DNA of 64,000 bases from an uncultured Bacillota bacterium (GTDB taxonomy: Bacteria > Bacillota > Clostridia > Christensenellales > UBA1242): the NCBI GenBank assembly GCA_947053645.1, contig CAMRTM010000002.1, positions 41 to 64,040 of the forward strand. The letters run 5' to 3'. The notes beneath the pieces are model-generated. The model worked only from the letters and a program-made list of their open reading frames with translations, was not told the origin of the DNA and ran no database searches. This document shows positions 28,548-37,253 of the stretch, piece after piece; position 1 is the first letter of the stretch, and the number at the start of each line of letters is the position of its first letter. The position numbers and the translations under genes were made by a program.

Positions 28548-29033
28548 ATGAAAAATACAATCAAGCATGATGAACTTGGAGAAATTATCTATGAAGAAAG
28601 TTTCTGGACTGGCAAGAAAAATATTACTATAAATGGAACTGCAACGGAAAAAGTGTCAAAAACTGAATTCCGTACTGCAAATGGTGAAAAAGTTTCTATA
28701 GTTGGTAATTTCTTGGCTGGAACAAAAGCGACCATAGGTGATAAGTCAGTTGAATTGACGCCAAAAATAAAATGGTATGAGTATATACTTGCAATACTGC
28801 CATTCATTTTAATTATTATTTGGGGAAATGTTGGTGCTCTTTGTAAAATTGTGCCTGTAGTTGGAGGCGCTATTGGAGGGCTTATAAGTGGTATATTTTC
28901 AATGCTAAGTTTGTTTGTTATTATACGCGTTAGACAGGTGTGGCTAAAGATATTAATCGCTATTGCTGCACTCGGCTTAACATTTCTTGCTTGTTATTTG
29001 GTTGCACTTATCATTTTAAGTATTGCTGCATAA
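28548..29033 (+). CDS. Hypothetical membrane protein (soluble N-terminal ~80 aa plus 3 TM segments)
   Basis: ATG at 28548 after RBS gggagg; hydrophobic C-terminal half. Confidence 0.6.
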   Translation: MKNTIKHDELGEIIYEESFWTGKKNITINGTATEKVSKTEFRTANGEKVSIVGNFLAGTKATIGDKSVELTPKIKWYEYILAILPFILIIIWGNVGALCKIVPVVGGAIGGLISGIFSMLSLFVIIRVRQVWLKILIAIAALGLTFLACYLVALIILSIAA

Positions 29034-29036
29034 AAA

Positions 29037-29061
29037 ACGCTGGAATAAATCCAGTGTTTTT
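29037..29061 (+). terminator. Rho-independent terminator
   Basis: acgctgga / tccagtgt stem (one G-U) followed by T5. Confidence 0.7.
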
Positions 29062-29125
29062 ATATTTAATTAAAAGTATCCACTTTTGGCTTTACTTTTT
29101 CAGATATTAATGATAGAATGTAATT

Positions 29126-29362
29126 ATCCATAAAGAGTGTGCGAGGGACAGCCCCGTTGACCACACAGCAACCTGTCTAGGGTCTCCTGAAAATTTATTA
29201 AATAAATTTTGGGGAAGAGGAGCAACTAACCATAATTTGAAATTTTGAAATTGATTTCAAAATGAAACGAAAGAGTGAGTTGGGACGATAAGGTGCTAAA
29301 GGCTGAAAGATGGGGATTGTCAATTTTATAAAATTTTACCCATCGATTGCGATGGGTTTTTC
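29126..29362 (+). promoter_or_regulatory. SAM-I-like riboswitch (aptamer 29126-29317) with a terminator/antiterminator expression platform, controlling metK
   Basis: Core elements: AAAGAG; GAGGGA...GTTGA; AGCAACC; GGTGCTAAA; pseudoknot cagcc (29149-53) / ggctg (29301-05); AAAGAT. Terminator acccatcg/cgatgggt (29338-57) followed by T5. Confidence 0.85.
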
Positions 29363-29403
29363 TTTACTCTCTTTATGGAAATTTATTTTTATAGGAGAGA
29401 AAA

Positions 29404-30489
29404 ATGAAAAAATTTATTACTTGTGAGTCGGTGGGTATTGGGCATCCAGATAAAACCTGTGATGTAATAGCAGATACATTTCTAGACGAGGCACTAAGAC
29501 AGGATTCAGAAAGTCAAATGGCTGTGGAGTGTGCCATTAAAAATGACAAACTTTTTATTTACGGAGAGGCAACAACTAAAGCTAAGATTGACTATGAGAA
29601 AATTGCAAAAGAGGTTTTAAAAGAGATAGGTTATAAAAACACCTTTAAAATCACCAAGGAGATAAGTGAGCAAAGTCCTGATATTAGGCAGGCGGTGGTG
29701 AAGAGCAGATTATGCGCCAACGACCAAGGTATGGTGTATGGTTATGCTACAAATGAAACGCCAGAGTTTATGCCTTTGCCTTTAATACTTGCACAAAAAA
29801 TTATGAGATGTTATGAAGACTTTAGAAAAATGGGCGACAGGTTTTATGCTGATGCAAAATGTCAGGTGACTATCGTGTATGAGGATGATAAGCCGATAGG
29901 CATAGATACCGTGCTTATTAGCGTATCACATAGTAACGAAGTTTGTTATAGTGAAATTTTGAAAGAAATTAGAGAAAAGGTGCTGGCAGTTGCTCTTTAT
30001 GATTATAAAAACTTAATATCAAAAGATACTAAGTTTTTAATTAATCCAAGTGGGAGGTTTACTATTTGGGGAAGCTATGGCGACAGTGGATGTGTAGGGC
30101 GAAAAATTGTTGTTGATTCCTATGGCGGTGTAGGGCGTGTGGGCGGCGGATGTTTTAGTTCTAAAAACGCAACAAAGGTGGACAGGTCTGGGGCTTATTA
30201 TGCAAGGTATGTTGCAAAAAACATAGTTGCACACGGATATTGTGACAGATGTGAGGTTTGCATTTCCTATGCTATAGGACTAGAGAAGCCTGTTGCCATC
30301 GATATTGAATGTTTTGGTACAAACAAGAAACCGCTAGAAGTTATCCAAAGTTATGTAGAGAAAAATTTTGACTTTTCACTGGAGAACATAATTAAAGAAC
30401 TAGACCTATTGAAACCTATATACAAAGGCACGGCATGTTATGGACATTTTGGTAGGAAGGAATTTAGTTGGGAAAAGATAAAAGATTAA
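29404..30489 (+). CDS. metK: S-adenosylmethionine synthetase (divergent, 361 aa)
   Basis: GHPDK, NDQGMVYGYA, GDSGCVGRKIVVDSYGG and KVDRSGAYYARY motifs; a SAM riboswitch lies upstream. Confidence 0.88.
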   Translation: MKKFITCESVGIGHPDKTCDVIADTFLDEALRQDSESQMAVECAIKNDKLFIYGEATTKAKIDYEKIAKEVLKEIGYKNTFKITKEISEQSPDIRQAVVKSRLCANDQGMVYGYATNETPEFMPLPLILAQKIMRCYEDFRKMGDRFYADAKCQVTIVYEDDKPIGIDTVLISVSHSNEVCYSEILKEIREKVLAVALYDYKNLISKDTKFLINPSGRFTIWGSYGDSGCVGRKIVVDSYGGVGRVGGGCFSSKNATKVDRSGAYYARYVAKNIVAHGYCDRCEVCISYAIGLEKPVAIDIECFGTNKKPLEVIQSYVEKNFDFSLENIIKELDLLKPIYKGTACYGHFGRKEFSWEKIKD

Positions 30490-30553
30490 TACTGAATATC
30501 TATAATTAAGGCTATAATTTTATAAATTTCTACTTTACTTTTGCGTTTTTTTG

Positions 30554-30562
30554 TGATATAAT
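30554..30562 (+). promoter_or_regulatory. Extended -10 promoter element upstream of rpoZ
   Basis: TGATATAAT, 33 nt upstream of the ATG. Confidence 0.45.
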
Positions 30563-30594
30563 CGTGTAGAAATTAAAAATTGAGGTGAAGTGTT

Positions 30595-30792
30595 ATGATG
30601 ATTGAACCATCCATTGATGTACTTGTAAGCAAAACTGGTGGAAACAGATATGTACTTTGCAGTGTTGTTTCTAAGCGTGCAAAGGAAATTGAAAGCGTAA
30701 GAAGGCTTGAACTTGCTGACCAAGACAAAAAGGCAATTAGTATCGCTTGTGAAGAGATAGCAAGTGGAAAGGTAAAACCAAGTGCTTTTTAA
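30595..30792 (+). CDS. rpoZ: DNA-directed RNA polymerase subunit omega
   Basis: 65 aa: PSIDVLVSKTGGNRYVLCSVVSKRAKEI. Confidence 0.9.
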   Translation: MMIEPSIDVLVSKTGGNRYVLCSVVSKRAKEIESVRRLELADQDKKAISIACEEIASGKVKPSAF

Positions 30793-30816
30793 TGACAAAA
30801 ACAAATTTTTATGTTA

Positions 30817-30847
30817 AAATCTATTGTGTAAGCAATAGATTTTTTTA
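30817..30847 (+). terminator. Terminator-like hairpin between rpoZ and priA
   Basis: aaatctattg / caatagattt 10-bp stem plus a T tract, ending 12 nt before the priA GTG. Confidence 0.6.
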
Positions 30848-30858
30848 AAGGGGAAAGA

Positions 30859-33033
30859 GTGTACGCAGAAGTAATAATAGACCAAGATGCAAAAGCACTA
30901 GACAGAGTTTTTGAATATATTGTACCACAAGGGATGCCTGCACGCGTGGGCATGAGGGTGATTGTTCCTTTTGGTGCGAGGTATATTCAAGGCTTTATTG
31001 TTGCACTTAAAGATAGTTGTGATTATGATGAAAAAAAATTGAAACCTATCAAATCTCTTGTGGAGGACTTTTCTGCAATCAAGAGCGAAATGCTTTCCCT
31101 TATGAAATTTATGGCGGAAAAATATCATTTAAAACTTGCCTCTATCTTAAGGTTATTTCTCCCGAGCGAAATGAGAGAGGGAAAGGTCAAAGAGTTATTT
31201 ATAACAAAGTATACATTAAATAGTGAGGTCGATATAACTTTATCAAAAACTGCAAAGAAGCAACAAGAGGCGATTGACTATTTAAAAGAAAATATTTCCG
31301 CCACTTCGGTGGAACTTAATGAGAAATTTGGCGCAAGCAGTATAAAGTCACTTTTTGAAAAGGGATTTATTTTAAAAGAAAAAGAACAGATTAATCGCGT
31401 GCCTTTAGTGGGCGATGACAATTTGAAAAAAGTAACACTAAATCCAATGCAAGAGAATGCAATTAATACAATAACTGAAAATAAAACCTATTTACTTCAT
31501 GGGGTAACAGGGAGCGGAAAAACTGAGGTGTATATGCACCTTATTGAAAAAGAGCTTGCAAAAGGTAAGAATGCAATTATGCTTGTCCCTGAGATTTCAC
31601 TTACTCCACAGATTATGTCTAATTTTAAGGCTAGGTTTGGGGAAAAGGTGGCACTACTTCATAGTGGACTTTCTGCGGGAGAAAGGTTTGACGAATGGAA
31701 GAGGCTATTTTCTGGAGAGGCACACATTGCCATTGGGGCAAGGTCGGCTATTTTTGCACCCCTTGAAAACCTTGGAATAATCATTATCGACGAGGAGCAT
31801 GAGCAGAGTTATATATCTGAATCAAATCCAAGATATAACACCCATGTTGTGGCAGAGTTTAGGGCTAGATACAATTCTTGTCCGCTAGTCCTTGGCAGTG
31901 CTACGCCCTGTGTAGAAAGTTATGAAAAGGCAAAAAAGGGTGAGTACACCTTGATTGAACTTCCAGTGCGTGCAAACGGTAGAGAAATGCCTAAAATACA
32001 AATCATTGATATGATTAACGAGTTAAGAGCGGGCAACAGCGGAATATTCTCTTCGCAACTTGTAAGTGATCTTGCAAATGTTATCAATAATAAAAAGCAG
32101 GCGATGATTTTTATAAACCGTCGGGGATATGCCTCATTTATGAGGTGTAGAGAATGCGGATATATTGCAAAGTGTAGCGACTGCGATGTCAGTCTTGTTT
32201 ATCATCGTGAGGACAATCGCCTTAAATGCCATTATTGTGGCAAGCAGTTTAAAGTACTAGACAGGTGTCCGCAGTGTGGAAGTGAGAATATCAAGCATGG
32301 TGCGGTGGGCACCGAGAAGGTAGTGCAAGAATTAAAAACTTTATTCCCAGATGTAAAAATTCTTAGAATGGACAATGATACCACTTCCACAAAAAATGCA
32401 CATCAAAAGATATTAAATGAATTTAAAAATTCCCTTCCTGCAATTCTTGTGGGTACACAGATGATTGCCAAAGGGCATGACTTTGAAAATGTTGTCCTTG
32501 TAGGGATTGTGGATGCTGACCAAAGTCTTTATCAAACTGACTATCGTAGTACAGAACGCACCTTTCAACTTATCACGCAGGTGTCGGGGCGTGCGGGAAG
32601 AAGTCAAGAGGAAGGGAAGGTTGTACTTCAAACCTATGCCCCAAGGCATTATGTTTATAAATTTGTATCCAATTATGACTATAAAGGATTTTTTAAAAAA
32701 GAGGAAAATATACGCGAGGTATCCAATTTTCCACCTTTTTCACGAATCATACGCGTACTTTTTGCAGATACCGATGAAAATTATGTACGCGACCTCTTGA
32801 AATCGTGTTATAATAGTGCTATAAAATTAAAGGAAAAATATCCAAATGAAATAATATATATGGATGCTATGAAGTCGCCAATTAAGAGAATGCAAAATAA
32901 ATATCGTTATCAAATACTTACGAGGGTAAGGCTTGAGCATTCTGATGAAATAGAAAAAGATTTATTTGAAATTGTGGACAAAGCGTCAAAAAATAGCGTT
33001 TTCTTTGAGATTAATCCGCAAAATTTAAGTTAG
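30859..33033 (+). CDS. priA: Primosomal protein N' (replication restart helicase PriA)
   Basis: 724 aa, GTG start. GVTGSGKTEVY Walker A, DEEH box, Cys-rich zinc insert CRECGYIAKCSDCD...CHYCG...CPQCG. Confidence 0.95.
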   Translation: MYAEVIIDQDAKALDRVFEYIVPQGMPARVGMRVIVPFGARYIQGFIVALKDSCDYDEKKLKPIKSLVEDFSAIKSEMLSLMKFMAEKYHLKLASILRLFLPSEMREGKVKELFITKYTLNSEVDITLSKTAKKQQEAIDYLKENISATSVELNEKFGASSIKSLFEKGFILKEKEQINRVPLVGDDNLKKVTLNPMQENAINTITENKTYLLHGVTGSGKTEVYMHLIEKELAKGKNAIMLVPEISLTPQIMSNFKARFGEKVALLHSGLSAGERFDEWKRLFSGEAHIAIGARSAIFAPLENLGIIIIDEEHEQSYISESNPRYNTHVVAEFRARYNSCPLVLGSATPCVESYEKAKKGEYTLIELPVRANGREMPKIQIIDMINELRAGNSGIFSSQLVSDLANVINNKKQAMIFINRRGYASFMRCRECGYIAKCSDCDVSLVYHREDNRLKCHYCGKQFKVLDRCPQCGSENIKHGAVGTEKVVQELKTLFPDVKILRMDNDTTSTKNAHQKILNEFKNSLPAILVGTQMIAKGHDFENVVLVGIVDADQSLYQTDYRSTERTFQLITQVSGRAGRSQEEGKVVLQTYAPRHYVYKFVSNYDYKGFFKKEENIREVSNFPPFSRIIRVLFADTDENYVRDLLKSCYNSAIKLKEKYPNEIIYMDAMKSPIKRMQNKYRYQILTRVRLEHSDEIEKDLFEIVDKASKNSVFFEINPQNLS

Positions 33034-33041
33034 GAGAAGAA

Positions 33042-33485
33042 ATGGCAATAAGAAAAGTTGTTGGAAAAGACGAAGAACTTATAAGAAAAAAAAGTAAGCC
33101 GGTGAGAGATTTTGACGAGACTCTTGACCAGCTTCTTGACGATATGTGGGAAACTATGTACGCTTTTGACGGAATGGGCTTGGCGGCGGTGCAGGTGGGA
33201 GTTTTGCGCCGTGCGTTTATCATTGATGTCAATGGAATGAAGGCAGAGTTTATCAATCCGCAAATCTACTATACTGAAGGTGAGTGGATTGAAGAAGAGG
33301 GCTGTCTTAGTGTAGGAAAACTTCATGGCAAAGTTAAAAGGCCATATAAGATTAAGGTGAAAGCACAAGACCGATATGGCAATTCTTTTAGACTTGAATG
33401 TGAGGGCTGGACTGCAAAATGTATCTGTCATGAGGCTGACCACCTTGAAGGAATTTTATTTACAGATAAATTGGAGAAGAAGTAA
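33042..33485 (+). CDS. def: Peptide deformylase
   Basis: GLAAVQVG, EGCLS and HEADHL motifs. Confidence 0.96.
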   Translation: MAIRKVVGKDEELIRKKSKPVRDFDETLDQLLDDMWETMYAFDGMGLAAVQVGVLRRAFIIDVNGMKAEFINPQIYYTEGEWIEEEGCLSVGKLHGKVKRPYKIKVKAQDRYGNSFRLECEGWTAKCICHEADHLEGILFTDKLEKK

Positions 33486-34399
33486 TGAAAATTTTATTTT
33501 TAGGTACCCCTCATTTTTCCCGTCTTGTACTTGAAAAACTTTGTGCTTCAAAGCATGAAGTGGTTGGTGTGATAACTCAGCCTGATAGGCCTTCTGGGCG
33601 AGGGCACAAGTTGGTGGCAAGCGAGGTGAAAGAATTTGCACTTTTAAAGAATATTCCTGTCTATACTTTCGAGAAGGTAAACAGAAGTATGGACGAGGTA
33701 AGAGCGATTGATTATGATTACGCACTTACTGCTTCCTTTGGACAGATATTATCGCAGGAGTTTTTATCACATAGACCATGCCTTAATGTGCATCCTTCCT
33801 TACTTCCAAAGTATCGCGGGGCGACGCCTATTCAAAGTGCGTTACTTAATGGAGATACTCATACTGGAGTGACCATTATGAAAATGGTACGCGAGGTGGA
33901 CGCTGGAGATATTTTATTACAACGAGGTTATGATATTTTAGATGATGACACCACTGATACTCTTATGGAAAAGTTGGGGGTAATGGGCGGAGAAATGTCT
34001 GTAGAAGCCTTTGATTTTCTTGAAAGCGGCAAAGCGAATTTTATACCCCAAGATGCAGGAAAAGCAACCTTTGTGAAGATGATTTCCAAAGAGGACGGAA
34101 AGATTGACTTTAATAAAAGTGCAAAGGAAATTGTAAATCAGTTTCGTGCTTATGGCAGCAAGCCCGGGGTTTATTTCATGCTAGGGCAGGATGTAATCAA
34201 GGTTGGCGGAGCAAAAGATGTAAGTGATGAGTTTCAAGGTCAAGAGGGGAAGATAATTTCCGTCAAGAAGAGATTTATAATCGGTTGCAAAGGTGGAGCG
34301 GTGGAAATACTTTATGCCCAAGCACCTTCTGGTAAAATGCTGCGCGGTCAAGACTTTTTGAATGGTTATAGATTTAAAGAGGGCGTTCATGCTGAGTGA
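33485..34399 (+). CDS. fmt: Methionyl-tRNA formyltransferase
   Basis: MKILFLGTP...NVHPSLLPKYRGATPIQ. Confidence 0.96.
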   Translation: MKILFLGTPHFSRLVLEKLCASKHEVVGVITQPDRPSGRGHKLVASEVKEFALLKNIPVYTFEKVNRSMDEVRAIDYDYALTASFGQILSQEFLSHRPCLNVHPSLLPKYRGATPIQSALLNGDTHTGVTIMKMVREVDAGDILLQRGYDILDDDTTDTLMEKLGVMGGEMSVEAFDFLESGKANFIPQDAGKATFVKMISKEDGKIDFNKSAKEIVNQFRAYGSKPGVYFMLGQDVIKVGGAKDVSDEFQGQEGKIISVKKRFIIGCKGGAVEILYAQAPSGKMLRGQDFLNGYRFKEGVHAE

Positions 34400-35417
34400 T
34401 TTATCTTTTGAGGAAATGAAAGATTATGTTGTTGAGAAAGGGGTGCCGTTGTTTAGAGGCAGCCAAATTTTTGACGCTATATATAATGGAAAAGAACTTA
34501 ATGAAATCACTAATTTGCCAAAATCGCTATTAGAGCAGATAATGGGAGATTACCCTAAGTATAAAATTGTAAAAAGGTATGAAAGCAAAGACGGAACAAA
34601 AAAGTATATTATTGAATTTCATGACGGCGAAGTCGTGGAATGTGTGCTTATGAGTTATAAGTACGGCAATACTATCTGTGTTTCCACCCAGGTTGGATGT
34701 CGTATGGGTTGCAAATTCTGTGCTTCTGGACTTAATGGGTTAAAGCGGAATTTAACGGCAGGCGAAATACTTGGTCAGGTCCTTCTTGTTAACAAAGATT
34801 TGGGCGGTACATACAAAAACCGCAAAATTACCAACATTGTGCTTATGGGCAGTGGCGAGCCCCTTGATAATTATGACAATGTTATAAGATTTTTAAGGCT
34901 TGTGACAGATGGCAAAGGTATAAATATCAGTGACAGAAACATATCGCTTTCTACTTGCGGACTGGTGCCAGAGATTTATCGTTTGGCAGAGGAGGGACTT
35001 AATATTACCCTCACTATCTCCCTACACGCACCTAATGATGAGATTAGGCAAAGGACAATGCCTATTGCAAATAGATATTCTATAAAAGAAATACTTGCCG
35101 CTTGCCGTAATTACATTAATAAAACAAAAAGGCGGGTTGCCATTGAATATACATTAATTAAAGGAGTGAATGACAGCAAAGTTTGTGCGGAAGAACTTAT
35201 TGGTCTTTTGAAAGGTTTGCTTTGCCATGTAAATGTAATTCCTCTTAATTATGTTAAGGAAAGGGGACTTGCTGGGAGCACTCGCAAAGAATCATATCAG
35301 TTTGTTGGTCTTCTTGAAAGGGGTGGACTTTCTGCCACCGTACGCAGAACTATGGGAGAAGATATTGCGGGGGCTTGTGGGCAATTACGAAATTCCTATC
35401 TAGGAGGCGAGGCATGA
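34389..35417 (+). CDS. rlmN: 23S rRNA/tRNA (adenine-C2)-methyltransferase RlmN (radical SAM)
   Basis: ATG at 34389 overlaps the end of fmt. CRMGCKFCASG radical-SAM motif; GSGEPLDN. Confidence 0.93.
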   Translation: MLSDLSFEEMKDYVVEKGVPLFRGSQIFDAIYNGKELNEITNLPKSLLEQIMGDYPKYKIVKRYESKDGTKKYIIEFHDGEVVECVLMSYKYGNTICVSTQVGCRMGCKFCASGLNGLKRNLTAGEILGQVLLVNKDLGGTYKNRKITNIVLMGSGEPLDNYDNVIRFLRLVTDGKGINISDRNISLSTCGLVPEIYRLAEEGLNITLTISLHAPNDEIRQRTMPIANRYSIKEILAACRNYINKTKRRVAIEYTLIKGVNDSKVCAEELIGLLKGLLCHVNVIPLNYVKERGLAGSTRKESYQFVGLLERGGLSATVRRTMGEDIAGACGQLRNSYLGGEA

Positions 35418-36244
35418 AAGGTCTTATAATTAAGAAAAATGCAGGGCTATTTGATGTGGATACTGGGGCGGCGGTTATAAAACTAAAAGCCTCCGGAAAT
35501 GTAAAAAAACAAGGGGTTTATGTCGGCGATTATGTGGAATTCGAAGAAGTGATAACAAAGATAGATGAGAGGAAAAACTTTCTTATTAGACCTCCGCTAT
35601 CTAATCTAGACAAACTTTTTATTGTGCTTGCACCCATTCCCAAACCTGACTTTGTGCTTATTGATAAACTTATAATTTACGCCAAGGTCAAAGGAATAGA
35701 GCCTTTGCTTGTAATAAATAAAACAGACATAATTGATGAAAGTGTACTAGATGAAATAAAAAACATCTATATTAGTGTACTTAAAGTTATATTAGTTTCT
35801 GCAGAGCAAAAAGAAGTACAAGACCTTAAAAAAGAGATAAAGGGTATTTGTGCTTTTGCTGGTCAGAGTGCAGTGGGAAAAAGTTCCCTTATAAATGCCT
35901 TGCTTGGCAATGCTAACGCTGAGGTTGGAGAACTTTCAAAAAAGGTGGAGCGTGGAAAGCAAACCACAAGAATGACTAGTCTATACAAATGCGGAAAGGG
36001 GTATATTGCTGACACTGCAGGCTTTTCACTTTTAGATGCTTCACTTGTTCTTCCGATCACACCTCAGGAACTTGGTAGATACTACCCTGATTTCTTAAAA
36101 TTTTTGCCAAAATGTAAATTTCGCACTTGTTTACATACTTTTTCAGGAAATTGTGGTATAATAGAGGGGGTTAGGCTGGGTAAAATTAACAAGACTCGGT
36201 ATGAGGGCTATTTGAAAATTTTAAACGAGTTAAAAGGAAAATAA
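35414..36244 (+). CDS. rsgA: Ribosome small-subunit-dependent GTPase RsgA
   Basis: ATGA overlap with rlmN. NKTD, GQSAVGKSSLINAL; zinc knuckle CKFRTCLHTFSGNC. Confidence 0.93.
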   Translation: MKGLIIKKNAGLFDVDTGAAVIKLKASGNVKKQGVYVGDYVEFEEVITKIDERKNFLIRPPLSNLDKLFIVLAPIPKPDFVLIDKLIIYAKVKGIEPLLVINKTDIIDESVLDEIKNIYISVLKVILVSAEQKEVQDLKKEIKGICAFAGQSAVGKSSLINALLGNANAEVGELSKKVERGKQTTRMTSLYKCGKGYIADTAGFSLLDASLVLPITPQELGRYYPDFLKFLPKCKFRTCLHTFSGNCGIIEGVRLGKINKTRYEGYLKILNELKGK

Positions 36245-36245
36245 G

Positions 36246-36908
36246 ATGAAAAGAAATAATGTTTATGTTTCGGTTTCTACCGATCCAATTTCAGATTATC
36301 AGGAAATTGTGGAATATACGAAAGAACTTCAAGGTGAGGCCGACTTTATACACTGTGATGTTATGGATGGACTTTTTGTCCCTAAAAAGACATATGAGCA
36401 TACTGTTGTGGAAAGTATAAATCAAAATAGCCTTACCATGCTTGATGTGCATTTAATGGTGAAAGAGCCGACAGATAAACTTGAATCTTACATAAAAGCC
36501 GGTGCCAATATTTTAACGGTGCATTATGAAGCATTTGAAGACAAGGAAATGCTAACAAGAGCATTGAAATATATTAAAAGCACTGGGACTTTAGCTGGGC
36601 TTGCTTTCAATCCAAGCACACCTTTTAACGATGTGAAATTGTTCTGCTATGATATCGACATTCTTCTTGTTATGGGGGTTGAACCTGGAACAAGCGGGCA
36701 GAAAATGGTGCCTAATATTACGAGAAAAATAAAAAATATTGTTGCTTTTAGACAGGCAAACGATATGAATTTTAAAATTGAAATTGACGGCGGAGTGAAC
36801 GAAGAAAATGCCCAGTCTCTTATTGAGGCCGGTGCAGATGTTCTTGTTAGTGGTAGTTATGTCTTTAAATCTAAAGATAGACATTTTGCAATAAATCAAT
36901 TAAAATAA
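36246..36908 (+). CDS. rpe: Ribulose-phosphate 3-epimerase
   Basis: HCDVMDGLFVP, DVHLMV and GVEPGTSGQ motifs. Confidence 0.93.
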   Translation: MKRNNVYVSVSTDPISDYQEIVEYTKELQGEADFIHCDVMDGLFVPKKTYEHTVVESINQNSLTMLDVHLMVKEPTDKLESYIKAGANILTVHYEAFEDKEMLTRALKYIKSTGTLAGLAFNPSTPFNDVKLFCYDIDILLVMGVEPGTSGQKMVPNITRKIKNIVAFRQANDMNFKIEIDGGVNEENAQSLIEAGADVLVSGSYVFKSKDRHFAINQLK

Positions 36909-36910
36909 GT

Positions 36911-37141
36911 TTAAAGTATTATAACATTTCCGCATAATACATCAAAATAGGAAAATGTTTGAATACATTGTGACTTGCCGTCTAGTTTCACGGTGAAAAC
37001 ACTTGGATAGACATCTTTAATTACTCCATTAATGGTGTCTATTTTTTTTCGTCCTCTATTTATATTCATTTCCACATTTGCACCTTTAAGTGCACTTATC
37101 TTTTGTTTGACCTCATCAAGGCCTAAAGTTATCTTTCTCAT
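36911..37141 (-). CDS. veg: Veg family protein
   Basis: 76 aa: NRGRKKIDTINGVIKDVYPSVFTVKL...FSYFDVL matches the Veg pattern. Confidence 0.85.
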   Translation of the reverse strand: MRKITLGLDEVKQKISALKGANVEMNINRGRKKIDTINGVIKDVYPSVFTVKLDGKSQCIQTFSYFDVLCGNVIIL

Positions 37142-37253
37142 AAATTCTCCTTAAGGCATTATTGACTTTTTTAAAAAAAATTAAACATTTAAGTCATATT
37201 TACCATAACTGGCGAGTATGATATACCGATATCGCAATGAGAGGGGGAATAAA

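Noticed and set aside
29127-29379. Alternative reading of the metK leader in which the 11-bp helix is the true P1 and the terminator hairpin is a displaced P4.
   Set aside because: It would bury the conserved J1/2 AAAGAG in a helix. It would also put AAAGAT before, rather than after, P4. The classical P1 / antiterminator / terminator arrangement explains the sequence better.
37191-37235. Possible sigma-E type promoter (GTCATATT ... ATGATATA) upstream of the DUF3794 gene.
   Set aside because: The -10 match to CATACA-T is only about 4/8 at any allowed spacing, too weak to call without experimental or comparative support.
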